Virus record (IMG/VR): IMGVR_UViG_3300040807_003058
Length of the DNA stretch: 64,000 bases
Source: an uncultured virus (IMG/VR IMGVR_UViG_3300040807_003058)
Taxonomy: Duplodnaviria > Heunggongvirae > Uroviricota > Caudoviricetes
Direction: 5' to 3' (one strand)
Below the pieces are notes generated by a model, which saw nothing but the letters and a program-made list of their open reading frames with translations, was not told where the DNA came from and did no database searches. Positions 28,995 through 38,462 of the stretch are shown one piece after another. The position numbers and the translations under genes are program-made. The first letter of the stretch is position 1, and each line of letters begins with the position of its first letter.

Positions 28995-29823
28995 TGTGCG
29001 CTCCGGTCAGCTGCTGGCATACGCTGCGGTAGGGGCAGTTGCCGCACCACCCACCGACGTTGGGGATGAGCAGACGACCTTCCTCCTCAGCTTCTGCAGC
29101 ACGAATCGCACGTGTCTCCAGCGCACGCAACACCTTTGCGTTCGGCTGAATCCAGCTGTGCAGGAACGGCCACGGCTTCTCCACCAACACCCATAGAATG
29201 AGCCCGGCCGACGCCTTCAGCCGTTCTACGTACGACTGCACCTGTTTCCGGTACTGCAGCGGGACGGTGATGCCGCCCCGGGAGTTCCGGTACTTCTCCA
29301 TGGCGGAGGTACTGACGGTCTTCACGTCGATGACCAACCGGACGATGCCCTCTTCACGGCGGCCTTTGCGCCACATCGTCAGCACAGCGTCAGGAGTGCC
29401 CGTCAGCAACGTCCCCGGGAACTTCAGGCCCTGTTCGATGTGCCACTCGCCAGCCCACTCACCGCCGTATTCGAGCTCGAACGCCTGTTCGATGACCATG
29501 TACACAGCGTCGTGGAACCCGTGGCCGATGTTGAACCGCCGGTACAGCGGGGCCCAGGAAATGCCGTCGGTGGGTTCATGTCGAACCTGCATCTGCAACG
29601 ACAGGTCGCACTTCGACCCGTAGTCGCTTACGGCGTTGGTGATGTGGATGCCGTAGGACCGCTTGGAGGACTCCTCCTTCATCCGGCGGTAGTAGTTGTC
29701 CATGGCGTGAGCCATGTTGATCTGCGGTACCTCCAGCGGCCGATCAAGCTCGTCAGGTACCGGAATCCCCGTCTGCTCGGTTCTCTGTCTCGGCGGTAGG
29801 AACATTCCCGGTGTCGCGTTCAT
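28987..29823 (-). CDS. Cas4-like / PD-(D/E)XK exonuclease
   Basis: GHGFH, LTGTPD, VIDVKT, QVQSY, C-terminal WCGNCPYRSVC plus N-terminal Cys (4Fe-4S-type ligands). Confidence 0.8.
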   Translation of the reverse strand: MNATPGMFLPPRQRTEQTGIPVPDELDRPLEVPQINMAHAMDNYYRRMKEESSKRSYGIHITNAVSDYGSKCDLSLQMQVRHEPTDGISWAPLYRRFNIGHGFHDAVYMVIEQAFELEYGGEWAGEWHIEQGLKFPGTLLTGTPDAVLTMWRKGRREEGIVRLVIDVKTVSTSAMEKYRNSRGGITVPLQYRKQVQSYVERLKASAGLILWVLVEKPWPFLHSWIQPNAKVLRALETRAIRAAEAEEEGRLLIPNVGGWCGNCPYRSVCQQLTGAHND

Positions 29824-29974
29824 CACCCTCCCAAGGGCGGGTACCGTGCACAGGGCATTTCGGTACGTTCGTGTTGTATCCGAGCACCGCCCCACACAGC
29901 GGGCAGTGTACGTCGGACGCGGACTCTTTTGTCCGGACTTTGTTGCGTGCGGTAACTACCGACAGCTTTTCCAT
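29753..29974 (-). CDS. small zinc-ribbon protein
   Basis: CPLCG...CPVHG; AGGAG RBS right after the polymerase stop. Confidence 0.6.
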   Translation of the reverse strand: MEKLSVVTARNKVRTKESASDVHCPLCGAVLGYNTNVPKCPVHGTRPWEGDERDTGNVPTAETENRADGDSGT

Positions 29975-29986
29975 TTTCGGCTCCTA

Positions 29987-32503
29987 CTACTTGATCTCAC
30001 CCCAACGGCCGGCGAGGCCGCCAGTGGCCTTGAATCGGACTGGAGCATCCAGACCGTGGCACTCTTCCATCACGTAGATCATACGTTCGAGAGCCTGCTT
30101 GGCCACTTCCTTCGGGGCGGACCCGAGGAGCTCATCGTGCACCTGCATCAGTAGCTTGCCGCCGAGATCGTTCCACTCATCGTCGAACTCCAGGGCAGTC
30201 ATGACGTTCTGCATCATGTCGGCGGCCAGACCCTGAATGGGGGTGTTGATGCACTGGCGCATGGCTCGGGCGACCTTCGACGAATCTCCGGAGAACGTGA
30301 ACTGCGGGTGGCGGTAGCGGCCCATACGCGTACGTACGAACCCGTTCTCCCGTAGCATGTCCTTCAGCGAGTCACCCATCTTACCCAGACCGGGGTATGC
30401 GACGTGGCGAATGCCGTGGATGAGGTCCTTAGCGTCATCGACGCTGCAGATTTCCCCAGTAGCATCAGTGATTTGGACTGCCAGGCCGGTAGGGCCAATG
30501 CCATACAGGATGCCGAAGATGGCGGACTTCGCTCCCTTCCTGTACTTGATCAGCCGCCCATCCTGGAACGTCAGGATGTCGTAGTACCCCTGCAGGATGA
30601 CCGGGTCGAGCTCTGCCTCAAGCGCCTCGAACTCCCCCCAGTCGGTGACGGAGCCACACTGTCCTACGATGTACTCCGCCGCTCGCTGAGCTCGTTCCAG
30701 GTCTCGCCGTAGCTCGTCGGCCTCGGGCTTGTGCAGCCGATCGAACGCGGCCTCGAAGTCCTTGAGCTCGTCTCCCTCTGGGCTTGCCAGACGCCACGCT
30801 CGCTGGAACCGCGGAAGCCGGTCCTCGTCGCCCCACTGCTTGGCGGCGTAGATGTAGTCGTACGTCAGGTCGGGCACCAGGTCGCTGTATGCCTTGGCAG
30901 CAGTGAAGCTGTGCATGTCCAGCCCGTCGTTGATGACCTTGATCAGGTTCTCGTCGTCGGACTCCATCGCGGCAAGGCGGACCTCCAGCTGCGCGTAGTC
31001 AGCGCAGACGAGCATCCGCCCTTCCGGGGCAATCATGGAGTTGCGGATGTTCACCTCGAGCTCGACCGGCTGGAACTCCGGTGCTGACTCGACGTGCTCC
31101 GTCATCTCCTCGACAGTCATTCCCCACTCATTTGCAGACTCCTCGGTGATTTCCGGGGGGTCGATCGCAGGCGGCAGCGTCACGAAGATCGGGTACGCCG
31201 GCAGGTTCTGCATGTTCGGGCCGTTTGAGCTCAGCCGGCCGGTCACGGTGTCAGGACGTACCCTGGTGTGGATGCGGCCGGTCATGTCCCACCGGATGTC
31301 CAGCATCGCCTGGGCGTACGTGCTGAGGATCTTGTTCAACGCCCGGTAACGCTTCAGGCGCTTGATGCCGGGCGCACCGTACTTGACCATCAGCTTGTCC
31401 AGCGCACGCTGTCCAGTGCCGATGGCGCCGGTATCCGTGTACTCCGTGACGGGCAGACCCAACCCGATGCGGTTGCCCTCGAGGTCGTAGTCCCCGTGAA
31501 AGACCCGGGCTAGCTGCTTCCCGGAGTTGGGGTTCACCTCTGCCGGAGGGGCCCCCTTCTCCCGCAGAGCATCATTCACCTCCTTCTGGAACAGCGCGTA
31601 CTCAGCCGCAGCGGCCTGCCGCAGAGGGTCAACCGCCTTGGTCAGCGGGTCGGCATCAAGCAGGATGCCCCGCTGCTCCATCCTCTTCAGCACCAGCATG
31701 TACTGCCGGTCCTTGCGTACGTGCCAGTCCCACATCGTCAGCATCTTCGTGCCGGTAACCCATCCGTGTTCCGGGCAGAAGTGCTTGTCGGGGTTGGTCA
31801 AAGACCTCTGCGCGGCCGGCTGCCCGCAGTGCGGGCACTCTACGCACCACGGCAGGGTCTTGGCGATCTCGGACCCCAGCGTGCACAAGCCGAGATGAGC
31901 CACGGCGTCTCGAGTACAGTAGTCCAGAGCCTGGTGGAACGTAGACGGGTTCTCCAGAGCCTGGCGGATGCCGCCGTTCTTCAGGATGAGGTCGTCGAAG
32001 GAGTTCATCGGCAACCCCAGCCAGAAGCGGGAGCGCACCTTCAGGTTGCGGAGGTGATGGGTGTCCTCGGCGTCCTCGTCCCACAGGTACCAGAGTTTCA
32101 GACCATCAGCCCAGAAGGTGGTGAACTCCAGGCCGAGGTGGCGCATGCTGTACTCAACGACGTTGAAGTCGAAGATGCTGTTGAAGCACGCCAGTTGACT
32201 CTGGCGTTTGTGCAGCAGCGGTACCAGCACGTCAGCATACGCGCGGTACTTACCGTAGGTAGGTACGGCAATACGGCGGTCGTCGAACGCCAGACATAGG
32301 ACCTGCAGTTCTGCGCCGAGACCGTCTCCAGCGAACTTGTCGTCCTTGTCTGCGCGGTGGACTACATAGCCTAGCCCGTCCGTCTCTGTGTCGAATCCGA
32401 TGAAGCCTTCGTAGGTCTCCAGCGTCTGGGCAAGTCGTGCAACAGCTTCGGGGGTGTCCACCCACTCGGACGGGCCGAGTTGGCGTTCAGACGTGAACCG
32501 CAT
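29987..32503 (-). CDS. family A DNA polymerase with 3'-5' exonuclease domain
   Basis: GFDTETDG, FNSIFD, YCTRDA; TVTGRLSSNGPNMQNLP; motif A ADYAQLEVR, motif B RKGAKSAIFGILYG, motif C QVHDEL. Confidence 0.95.
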   Translation of the reverse strand: MRFTSERQLGPSEWVDTPEAVARLAQTLETYEGFIGFDTETDGLGYVVHRADKDDKFAGDGLGAELQVLCLAFDDRRIAVPTYGKYRAYADVLVPLLHKRQSQLACFNSIFDFNVVEYSMRHLGLEFTTFWADGLKLWYLWDEDAEDTHHLRNLKVRSRFWLGLPMNSFDDLILKNGGIRQALENPSTFHQALDYCTRDAVAHLGLCTLGSEIAKTLPWCVECPHCGQPAAQRSLTNPDKHFCPEHGWVTGTKMLTMWDWHVRKDRQYMLVLKRMEQRGILLDADPLTKAVDPLRQAAAAEYALFQKEVNDALREKGAPPAEVNPNSGKQLARVFHGDYDLEGNRIGLGLPVTEYTDTGAIGTGQRALDKLMVKYGAPGIKRLKRYRALNKILSTYAQAMLDIRWDMTGRIHTRVRPDTVTGRLSSNGPNMQNLPAYPIFVTLPPAIDPPEITEESANEWGMTVEEMTEHVESAPEFQPVELEVNIRNSMIAPEGRMLVCADYAQLEVRLAAMESDDENLIKVINDGLDMHSFTAAKAYSDLVPDLTYDYIYAAKQWGDEDRLPRFQRAWRLASPEGDELKDFEAAFDRLHKPEADELRRDLERAQRAAEYIVGQCGSVTDWGEFEALEAELDPVILQGYYDILTFQDGRLIKYRKGAKSAIFGILYGIGPTGLAVQITDATGEICSVDDAKDLIHGIRHVAYPGLGKMGDSLKDMLRENGFVRTRMGRYRHPQFTFSGDSSKVARAMRQCINTPIQGLAADMMQNVMTALEFDDEWNDLGGKLLMQVHDELLGSAPKEVAKQALERMIYVMEECHGLDAPVRFKATGGLAGRWGEIK

Positions 32504-32520
32504 TAGTACTCCGCGAGTGT

Positions 32521-32578
32521 AAAGCCAAAGGCACGTGCCGGGAGGGCCCCGGAGGGAGGGAGGGCCCTCACCGGCACG
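32521..32578 (-). terminator. long GC hairpin with short U tract after the SSB-like gene
   Basis: CGTGCCGG-GAGGGCCC...GGGCCCTC-A-CCGGCACG, followed on the - strand by TTTGGCTTT. Confidence 0.55.
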
Positions 32579-32579
32579 C

Positions 32580-32600
32580 TGTCACGCCATTGGCGTGACA
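32580..32600. promoter_or_regulatory. perfect 21-bp palindrome
   Basis: TGTCACGCCA-T-TGGCGTGACA. Confidence 0.5.
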
Positions 32601-32601
32601 A

Positions 32602-34140
32602 TCACGAGGCGCCGCCGTACGGCAACGCCTGGGAATCGATCAGCCGGGCCTGCTGCTGAGGAGACAGGTCCGGGTAGAACGTCGTCTTGGAGAAGTCGGG
32701 CTTCCGCTTCTCGTAGTCCTCGGCGACGTTGCTCGGGAGGTTCTTCGTCTTCTCCGACGGGGGGTGATGCATCGGCATCTCCTCCCAGTCAGAGGGCTTG
32801 AGAACGATCCGGTGGTTGTTCAGCCGGTCGGCGTACACCGAGAAGGTGTAGCCGGTACCCTTGCCGACCTTGGTGGCCTTCACGGAGGTGATGACTTCCG
32901 TGACGTTGGTGCGCTCCGGGGTGTTGCACCCGGGGGTACTGCACTCCGTCTCTTCCTCCGGTAGCCCCACGTACTTGCAGTGCGGGCACTGGCATTCGGT
33001 GGTGTACGCCTCGTACACTTCAATGTCCTCCGAGTGGTTGCACTCGTCTACGCCCCAGGAGATGGACGACGGGCCTTCGTCTGAGGGGTTGGGCGTGACC
33101 CAGTCCTCGTTGCACGAGGGGCAGTACAGCCTCTTGACGTGGATCTGGTGGTGCGTCCGTCCGGTGGTAGCGCCGTCCTTCAGACAGGACTTACAGGTGC
33201 TACGCACGCGAGAAACGTGCTGCATCAGGTTCTGGAAGGTGTGGAACCCGGAGGACCGGCCCTCGTCCAGCGAGGCCGTGTACCACATGCCGCCCATGCG
33301 GATGCCGTGCGAGGCATCGCAGCTCATGAACTTCCAGGCGGAGGACTCGCGCGGCAGGTTCATGTATCCCGCCTTCTTCGCGTCCTTCTTGTTCTCGTTC
33401 CCGTGCATCCACTCCAGGACGTACACCGGAATGCACGGCATGTCGTCCGTGCGGAAGCCCATGACGCGGTCGTCCTTGTCCACGCCGGCGTCCCACTCGT
33501 GCTGGGCTTCGGTGCAGAACGTACACGCGTGCGTCTGCGCCAGCAGCTTCTCCGCCACGAACTGCGCGTCTTCCGGCTCTGCGTAGGTCTGCAGCGCCTC
33601 CGGGAAGTAGTCGCCGAATGCACGGGGGTAGGGGTGCTCCGCCGGGGCGAGACAGCCCCACGCCTCCTCTTCCATGACGTACGGCACGTACGTCCGCACC
33701 CCGGTCTCCCGGTCCACCAGCATCATGCCGGGGATGTCGTCATCGTCGGACTCCTCCCAGTTGGGGGAGGGGTTCCAGCCGTCCCGGGACTTCGGACCGG
33801 CATCCCAGTCGAAGGTGCACCGGTAGGAGTTGTACTGCGCGTTCTTACGCTGGAAGAACCTGGGGATGACGCTGGAGTCACCCGAGGCACGGTTGATGCT
33901 GTGGGTGGTCAGGTACCCAATGTCCTCCAGAGGGTACAACCGCACATGCAGCGTTCCGCCTGTGCTGTGCTTGTGCATCCAGAGGGCTCCGTCGTCCGGC
34001 ATCCAGAACGATGAGCTCCCGATCTCGAACGTGTTGCCTCCGCCGCCACCGGAGTTGGACTTCTTCTCCTTCGCCTCCTTGCGTCGCTGCTTCTGTCGCT
34101 TACGCATCTCGGCCATCTTCTGCTGTGCGGACATCGTCAT
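32602..34140 (-). CDS. putative single-stranded DNA-binding / replication protein with multiple CxxC motifs
   Basis: basic N-terminus and Gly linker as in gp32-like SSBs; CTFC, CKSC, CPSC, CPHC; lies between primase and polymerase; ATGA overlap. Confidence 0.5.
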   Translation of the reverse strand: MTMSAQQKMAEMRKRQKQRRKEAKEKKSNSGGGGGNTFEIGSSSFWMPDDGALWMHKHSTGGTLHVRLYPLEDIGYLTTHSINRASGDSSVIPRFFQRKNAQYNSYRCTFDWDAGPKSRDGWNPSPNWEESDDDDIPGMMLVDRETGVRTYVPYVMEEEAWGCLAPAEHPYPRAFGDYFPEALQTYAEPEDAQFVAEKLLAQTHACTFCTEAQHEWDAGVDKDDRVMGFRTDDMPCIPVYVLEWMHGNENKKDAKKAGYMNLPRESSAWKFMSCDASHGIRMGGMWYTASLDEGRSSGFHTFQNLMQHVSRVRSTCKSCLKDGATTGRTHHQIHVKRLYCPSCNEDWVTPNPSDEGPSSISWGVDECNHSEDIEVYEAYTTECQCPHCKYVGLPEEETECSTPGCNTPERTNVTEVITSVKATKVGKGTGYTFSVYADRLNNHRIVLKPSDWEEMPMHHPPSEKTKNLPSNVAEDYEKRKPDFSKTTFYPDLSPQQQARLIDSQALPYGGAS

Positions 34141-35516
34141 GTGCCGTCTCCTTTTCCGTCCTCCCCGAATTGTTGTTTCTTTGCGCGGATTACCCGCAGC
34201 ACCCCTTCCCAACCCGGGGAGGTTGATCGGTTGGGGCGCAGGACATCGTAGCCGGAATGCTCCGGTACGTCACCCGTCTTATGTACCGTTTCGAGCAGGG
34301 CCCTGGCGCCGAAGACACTGAGGTCCTTCTTACGCGCCTGAGCCACCTTTCTGCGGTACCTGGCCTTCTTCACCTGGTCCATCACCCACTCGGCATGGGC
34401 CTTACGGGCAATGTCTCCGTAGCGGCCGGGGGAGTGTGCGATCTCTTTGTAGGGCTGTGCCTCCCGTAGTACTCGCCGGAGCTCGCCGGCTGTGAGGTCC
34501 TCTGGGTCACTGCCTTCCGGCAGCAGGGCGATCCTCGTACGTGCGGTACTGCCTAGCTGTGCGGCGATGGTCATTGCCGCCATCACCCCTGCATCGTCAC
34601 CGTCGTACGCCAACGTGATATCAAGCTGTCTGCCGCACTTCCTCCTAAGTCCCTTGAGTCGGCGCAGCTGTACCTGTCCCAACTGCGTACCGAAGCTGGC
34701 CATTGGCACTACACCTGCGGAAAGAGCCCGTAGCGCGTGGCCCATGCCCTCCACCATCACGACGCTGGAGTTGTCGTGGTTCAGCAGGAACGGGAAGGCG
34801 TTGTTCTCGTTGTAGAACGCCTTCTTACGTGGAGGCCGGTACTCCGGCAGCTCCTCCTCCATGTACTCCTGGGTCAGGTAGTACTCGAGCTCCTTGCGGT
34901 ACCACTTCCACCGGAGGTCGTCGTCGAACTGCGCTCGAGTCTGGATACCTACGAGCTCGTCGGCCGCGGAAATCACCGGGAACACGATACGGTGGAAGTG
35001 CTCGTCGTACCCGACGTTCATCTTCCGCAAGGTCGACTCCGCGTGCCCTCGCTCGAGGTACTTCTTCGGCAAGCGCGGGAAGTAGTGCAGTAGGTGCCGA
35101 GGCAGCGGGGGCATGAAGTCCGTTTCCGGCTCATCGCCTCCGCCGGCCTTGGCCAACGCCGCCGTGAGTAGGTCGGGGTCAATGCCCTGCAGCACTTCCA
35201 GCGCCTTGCTGTCGTCTCCGTACAGCTTCCGTAGCAGACTGTGCAGTCCGCCAGACGCCCCGCACACGAAGCAGTAGTACTGCCCGGTAGCCGCGTTCAG
35301 GGAGAATGAACCTACGTTGTGGTCGTTGTGGAACGGACACAGCGACCAGATCTCCACTCCCTTCTTGCCGTTACGCTTCTCCGACCTCTTCAGCGCACTC
35401 TCTGCCGACGCCAGGGCCTGTTCGATGTCTTTCTGTAGCTTCTGCTCCGCTGCTTCGGTATTTCCTCGGATTACCTCCAACACCTGGTCCCACAGGCCTG
35501 CGTACTCATGGGTCAA
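34137..35516 (-). CDS. dnaG: DNA primase (CHC2 zinc finger + TOPRIM)
   Basis: CPFHND...SF...YYCFVCG, RIVFP, VMVEG, LAYDGDDAG, LPEGSDP. Confidence 0.9.
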   Translation of the reverse strand: MTHEYAGLWDQVLEVIRGNTEAAEQKLQKDIEQALASAESALKRSEKRNGKKGVEIWSLCPFHNDHNVGSFSLNAATGQYYCFVCGASGGLHSLLRKLYGDDSKALEVLQGIDPDLLTAALAKAGGGDEPETDFMPPLPRHLLHYFPRLPKKYLERGHAESTLRKMNVGYDEHFHRIVFPVISAADELVGIQTRAQFDDDLRWKWYRKELEYYLTQEYMEEELPEYRPPRKKAFYNENNAFPFLLNHDNSSVVMVEGMGHALRALSAGVVPMASFGTQLGQVQLRRLKGLRRKCGRQLDITLAYDGDDAGVMAAMTIAAQLGSTARTRIALLPEGSDPEDLTAGELRRVLREAQPYKEIAHSPGRYGDIARKAHAEWVMDQVKKARYRRKVAQARKKDLSVFGARALLETVHKTGDVPEHSGYDVLRPNRSTSPGWEGVLRVIRAKKQQFGEDGKGDGT

Positions 35517-37098
35517 TGCTCTCCCTCCTGTCGTTCATGGCCCGCTGGAACACTGAGGACGGCGGCTTACCGGATCTAGGCGCAGGGGCATCCTGGGAAG
35601 CAGCCTGCTTACCCGCGCGCTGGGTGTCTTTCTTGCTCTGGGCTTTGGCCTGGTCACGAAGGTATTCCAGCGACGCCTCGATGATGTCTGTACCCTGTTG
35701 GTTCGTGAGGATCTCCTCGTAGGAGCAGACGTCTGTGGCCCGGAAGAACCGATCCTCCACAGTAAAGGCGCCACCATGCCTCCTGCGCAGCGGCCATACG
35801 CACTGCAGGTGCTTGACCACGCCCGACTGCTTCGTGACGGGGTCGACGTAGGGGATGCAGTACGGTTCCGCCAGCTTGAACATCCGGACGTGCCCGATGA
35901 ACATGCACTTCTGTGCGAGGCCGTCGGAGCCGTACACGTTCGAATCAGACGGGGTGTGCCACTGGAAGTCGTAGTCCTTCGGCAACCCTGCCCGGTTTTC
36001 CTGCGTCGTTACGAACGACGGGATGCCCAGCTCCGAGATAGCCTTCGAGGCCTTCATGATGCGGGTGGCATCTGTGTCGTTGCGCTTGGCGAGCTCGGAG
36101 TGATGGATCTCGTGAAGCTGGTCCACGCAGACGTAGGCAGCGTCGAGGTCTTCCACCAGGTTCTTGATGTAGCCGGTGGTGATGCGCCCGACTTCGTCGT
36201 CAATCGCCTCGATACCCACGACGTACAGCCGACTGTTCTCGTGGATCATCTGTGCGACTTCCTCGAACCGCACGATCATCTGTAGGTCTGCTGCGTCGTA
36301 CTCGATGTTGTGGATCGTCTTGTACTTCAGCTCCTCCACCGCATCGACGCTCAGCCCCGCGTACCGGCACGCCAGTCGAGTGAGGATGACCTCCTTCGGG
36401 TTCTCCGGGTCAATGATGATCCCGGGGATACCGTTGACTAGGCTGTTGTGCACGGCGATGTCGTTGAGAATCCACGACTTACCGTTCTTCGGCCGGGCAA
36501 AGAACACGTACATGCCTGCGTAGAAGATGCGGATCATCCGGTTGAAGCGCGGCCACGGCGTATCGATGTTGCCGCTGCGGACGGTCTTGCCCAGCAGAGT
36601 CTCCACCACGGAGTTGGCGCTGGCCCCGATGCGCTCGGGCATCGCCATTTTCTCGCCGAGCGACTTCAGCTTGTTCAGCGTCTGCTGCGCGGCCTCCATG
36701 GCGGTGTAGTAGCCGGAGGTGAGCGGGGCTTCGCTCTTGGTGACCCACAGCTCCAGCACCAACTTCGCCGCCATGTGGTTCTTGTACGACTCGAGGACCT
36801 CCAACCCGTAGATCAGCGGGTCCACCATCTCGTCGTACTCCTGCCACTCGAACCCCGCGTAGCTGTCCTGCAGAGACTCTAGGGTAGGAGGGAACAACGC
36901 GGGATTGGTGTTCCGGATCTCCAGCAGGCGCTCCGCAATCTGTCGGGGACCATCATCCCGCAGGTACTCCGGCTTCACCACACCGTCGACGAGCATCGAG
37001 AAGTCCCCGCTGGCAGCGCAGGCCGAGAGGAAATCGATGTCCTCCCCGTTCTCGCACAGCCCTGCCTGGATGTCGGAGAGCTCTTCTTCGTCGCTCAT
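35506..37098 (-). CDS. DnaB-like (SF4) replicative helicase
   Basis: Walker A ARPKNGKS, Walker B VCVDQL, TTQENR, YGSDGLAQ; adjacent to primase. Confidence 0.85.
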   Translation of the reverse strand: MSDEEELSDIQAGLCENGEDIDFLSACAASGDFSMLVDGVVKPEYLRDDGPRQIAERLLEIRNTNPALFPPTLESLQDSYAGFEWQEYDEMVDPLIYGLEVLESYKNHMAAKLVLELWVTKSEAPLTSGYYTAMEAAQQTLNKLKSLGEKMAMPERIGASANSVVETLLGKTVRSGNIDTPWPRFNRMIRIFYAGMYVFFARPKNGKSWILNDIAVHNSLVNGIPGIIIDPENPKEVILTRLACRYAGLSVDAVEELKYKTIHNIEYDAADLQMIVRFEEVAQMIHENSRLYVVGIEAIDDEVGRITTGYIKNLVEDLDAAYVCVDQLHEIHHSELAKRNDTDATRIMKASKAISELGIPSFVTTQENRAGLPKDYDFQWHTPSDSNVYGSDGLAQKCMFIGHVRMFKLAEPYCIPYVDPVTKQSGVVKHLQCVWPLRRRHGGAFTVEDRFFRATDVCSYEEILTNQQGTDIIEASLEYLRDQAKAQSKKDTQRAGKQAASQDAPAPRSGKPPSSVFQRAMNDRRESIDP

Positions 37099-37101
37099 TA
37101 C

Positions 37102-37950
37102 CTACCTCTTGTTGTTGATTACGTCGCCGGCTTGTACTGATGTCTCTTCCACCGGGCTATTCGTGGCCCACGCTTCTGCGTTCTCGATAGCTGTGCGCAG
37201 GGCCAGCAGTAGGATCTCGGTGGCCAGTGCACTCGCTCCGGGGCCCTCGTGCAACAGGTTGCCGCCACGGGACCACACCTCCGGTTCCCACAGGTCCATC
37301 TCGCCCATCGACTCCGTGACGGCGCAGTCCCGCAAGTCAGGTACCAGCGTGACGGCCTGCGCTGCAGTCCCATCTTCGCCCTCGTCCAGCGCCCGGGTCA
37401 GGCTGAAGTGCCGAAGTACACGACACCCCTGCGCATAGACGCCGCTGCCTCCCGACACCAGTACGATGGCCGAGTGCATCTCGTACGACAGGTCTACCCG
37501 AGTACCCATGTCCTTGAGCAACCCGCGTACCGGCCACGCGGCATTTGATTCTCGGAACTCCTTTGGGGAGCTGGCGGCATCCCACAACAGGCGACACAGG
37601 TGATTGAACGGCGTGGTGCCCATGGTCCCGAGTAGGCCGCCGGTACGGAAGTCCTCATAGAGCTTGCGGAGGTCGTCGGTCATATCCATGTCCGGTAGGT
37701 ACGGGTAGATGAGCTCATCCGCGCACTGCCGGTCCTGGAGGATGCTCTCTACCCCGCGGTGTACCTCTTGGCTGAAGGGCTTCCAGCTGCCGGAACTGCC
37801 TACATATGGAGGCATGATCGTTGTGCGTAGCTCTGGCCTACCTCCCGGCTGAGGCACCGCCGTCATTACCAGCGTGAATCTGTACGGTGCCGGCCCCATC
37901 ACTTCTTGCTCTTCTGGGTGATCCGGAGGCTGGCCCGACGGCTCTTCCAC
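37102..37950 (-). CDS. hypothetical protein
   Basis: ORF filling the operon; start uncertain. Confidence 0.55.
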   Translation of the reverse strand: MEEPSGQPPDHPEEQEVMGPAPYRFTLVMTAVPQPGGRPELRTTIMPPYVGSSGSWKPFSQEVHRGVESILQDRQCADELIYPYLPDMDMTDDLRKLYEDFRTGGLLGTMGTTPFNHLCRLLWDAASSPKEFRESNAAWPVRGLLKDMGTRVDLSYEMHSAIVLVSGGSGVYAQGCRVLRHFSLTRALDEGEDGTAAQAVTLVPDLRDCAVTESMGEMDLWEPEVWSRGGNLLHEGPGASALATEILLLALRTAIENAEAWATNSPVEETSVQAGDVINNKR

Positions 37951-38462
37951 TTCAGCACGCCGTAGTCTTCCAGAACGTCCGGGCTCACCATCCCTCGGCG
38001 AATGGCTTCCTGCATGGCAGACGGGCTCACGGCCAGGCGAAGTACGGGCGTACCGTCGACCTCCACCTCCTCCAGGGCCTCGATCAGGTCTTCGTGTGCC
38101 TGCAGAACATCATCATCGAACTCCATCTTGGCGACGGACTTCGCAACCGTGAACTTGTTCGGGCCGATGCTCCATGAGCCGCCTTTGCCCTGGAAGTGCT
38201 CGGTCACCGTGTCGGAGATGACCTTGCGGATGTTCTTCTCCGCTTCCTGCAGCGCCTCGTACTCCTCCAGCAGGTTCTTCCCCGGACCTACCTGGGCAGC
38301 GACCCTCAGGTCTTCGTAGGTGGATTCCTTGCGCGCCTGAGTCACCAACAGCGTCTGGCTGTTGTTACGAACCTCCTCCCGGAAGTCATCGTCATCCGTC
38401 TCGAACCGGCCGCCTTCGGTGCTCATCGGCAGCTTCTTCACGCTCAGGTTACTCATCTTCAT
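37899..38462 (-). CDS. hypothetical protein
   Basis: 187 aa, GAGGAGG RBS. Confidence 0.65.
   Translation of the reverse strand: MKMSNLSVKKLPMSTEGGRFETDDDDFREEVRNNSQTLLVTQARKESTYEDLRVAAQVGPGKNLLEEYEALQEAEKNIRKVISDTVTEHFQGKGGSWSIGPNKFTVAKSVAKMEFDDDVLQAHEDLIEALEEVEVDGTPVLRLAVSPSAMQEAIRRGMVSPDVLEDYGVLKWKSRRASLRITQKSKK

Noticed and set aside
28987..29823. CRISPR-Cas system suggested by the Cas4-like nuclease
   Set aside because: No cas1/cas2, effector genes or repeat-spacer array seen; solo Cas4-like nucleases are common in phage replication modules.
29987..32503. Intein or intron in the DNA polymerase, helicases or RNAP
   Set aside because: No C/S...HN-[C/S/T] splice motifs or LAGLIDADG blocks recognised; reading frames are continuous.
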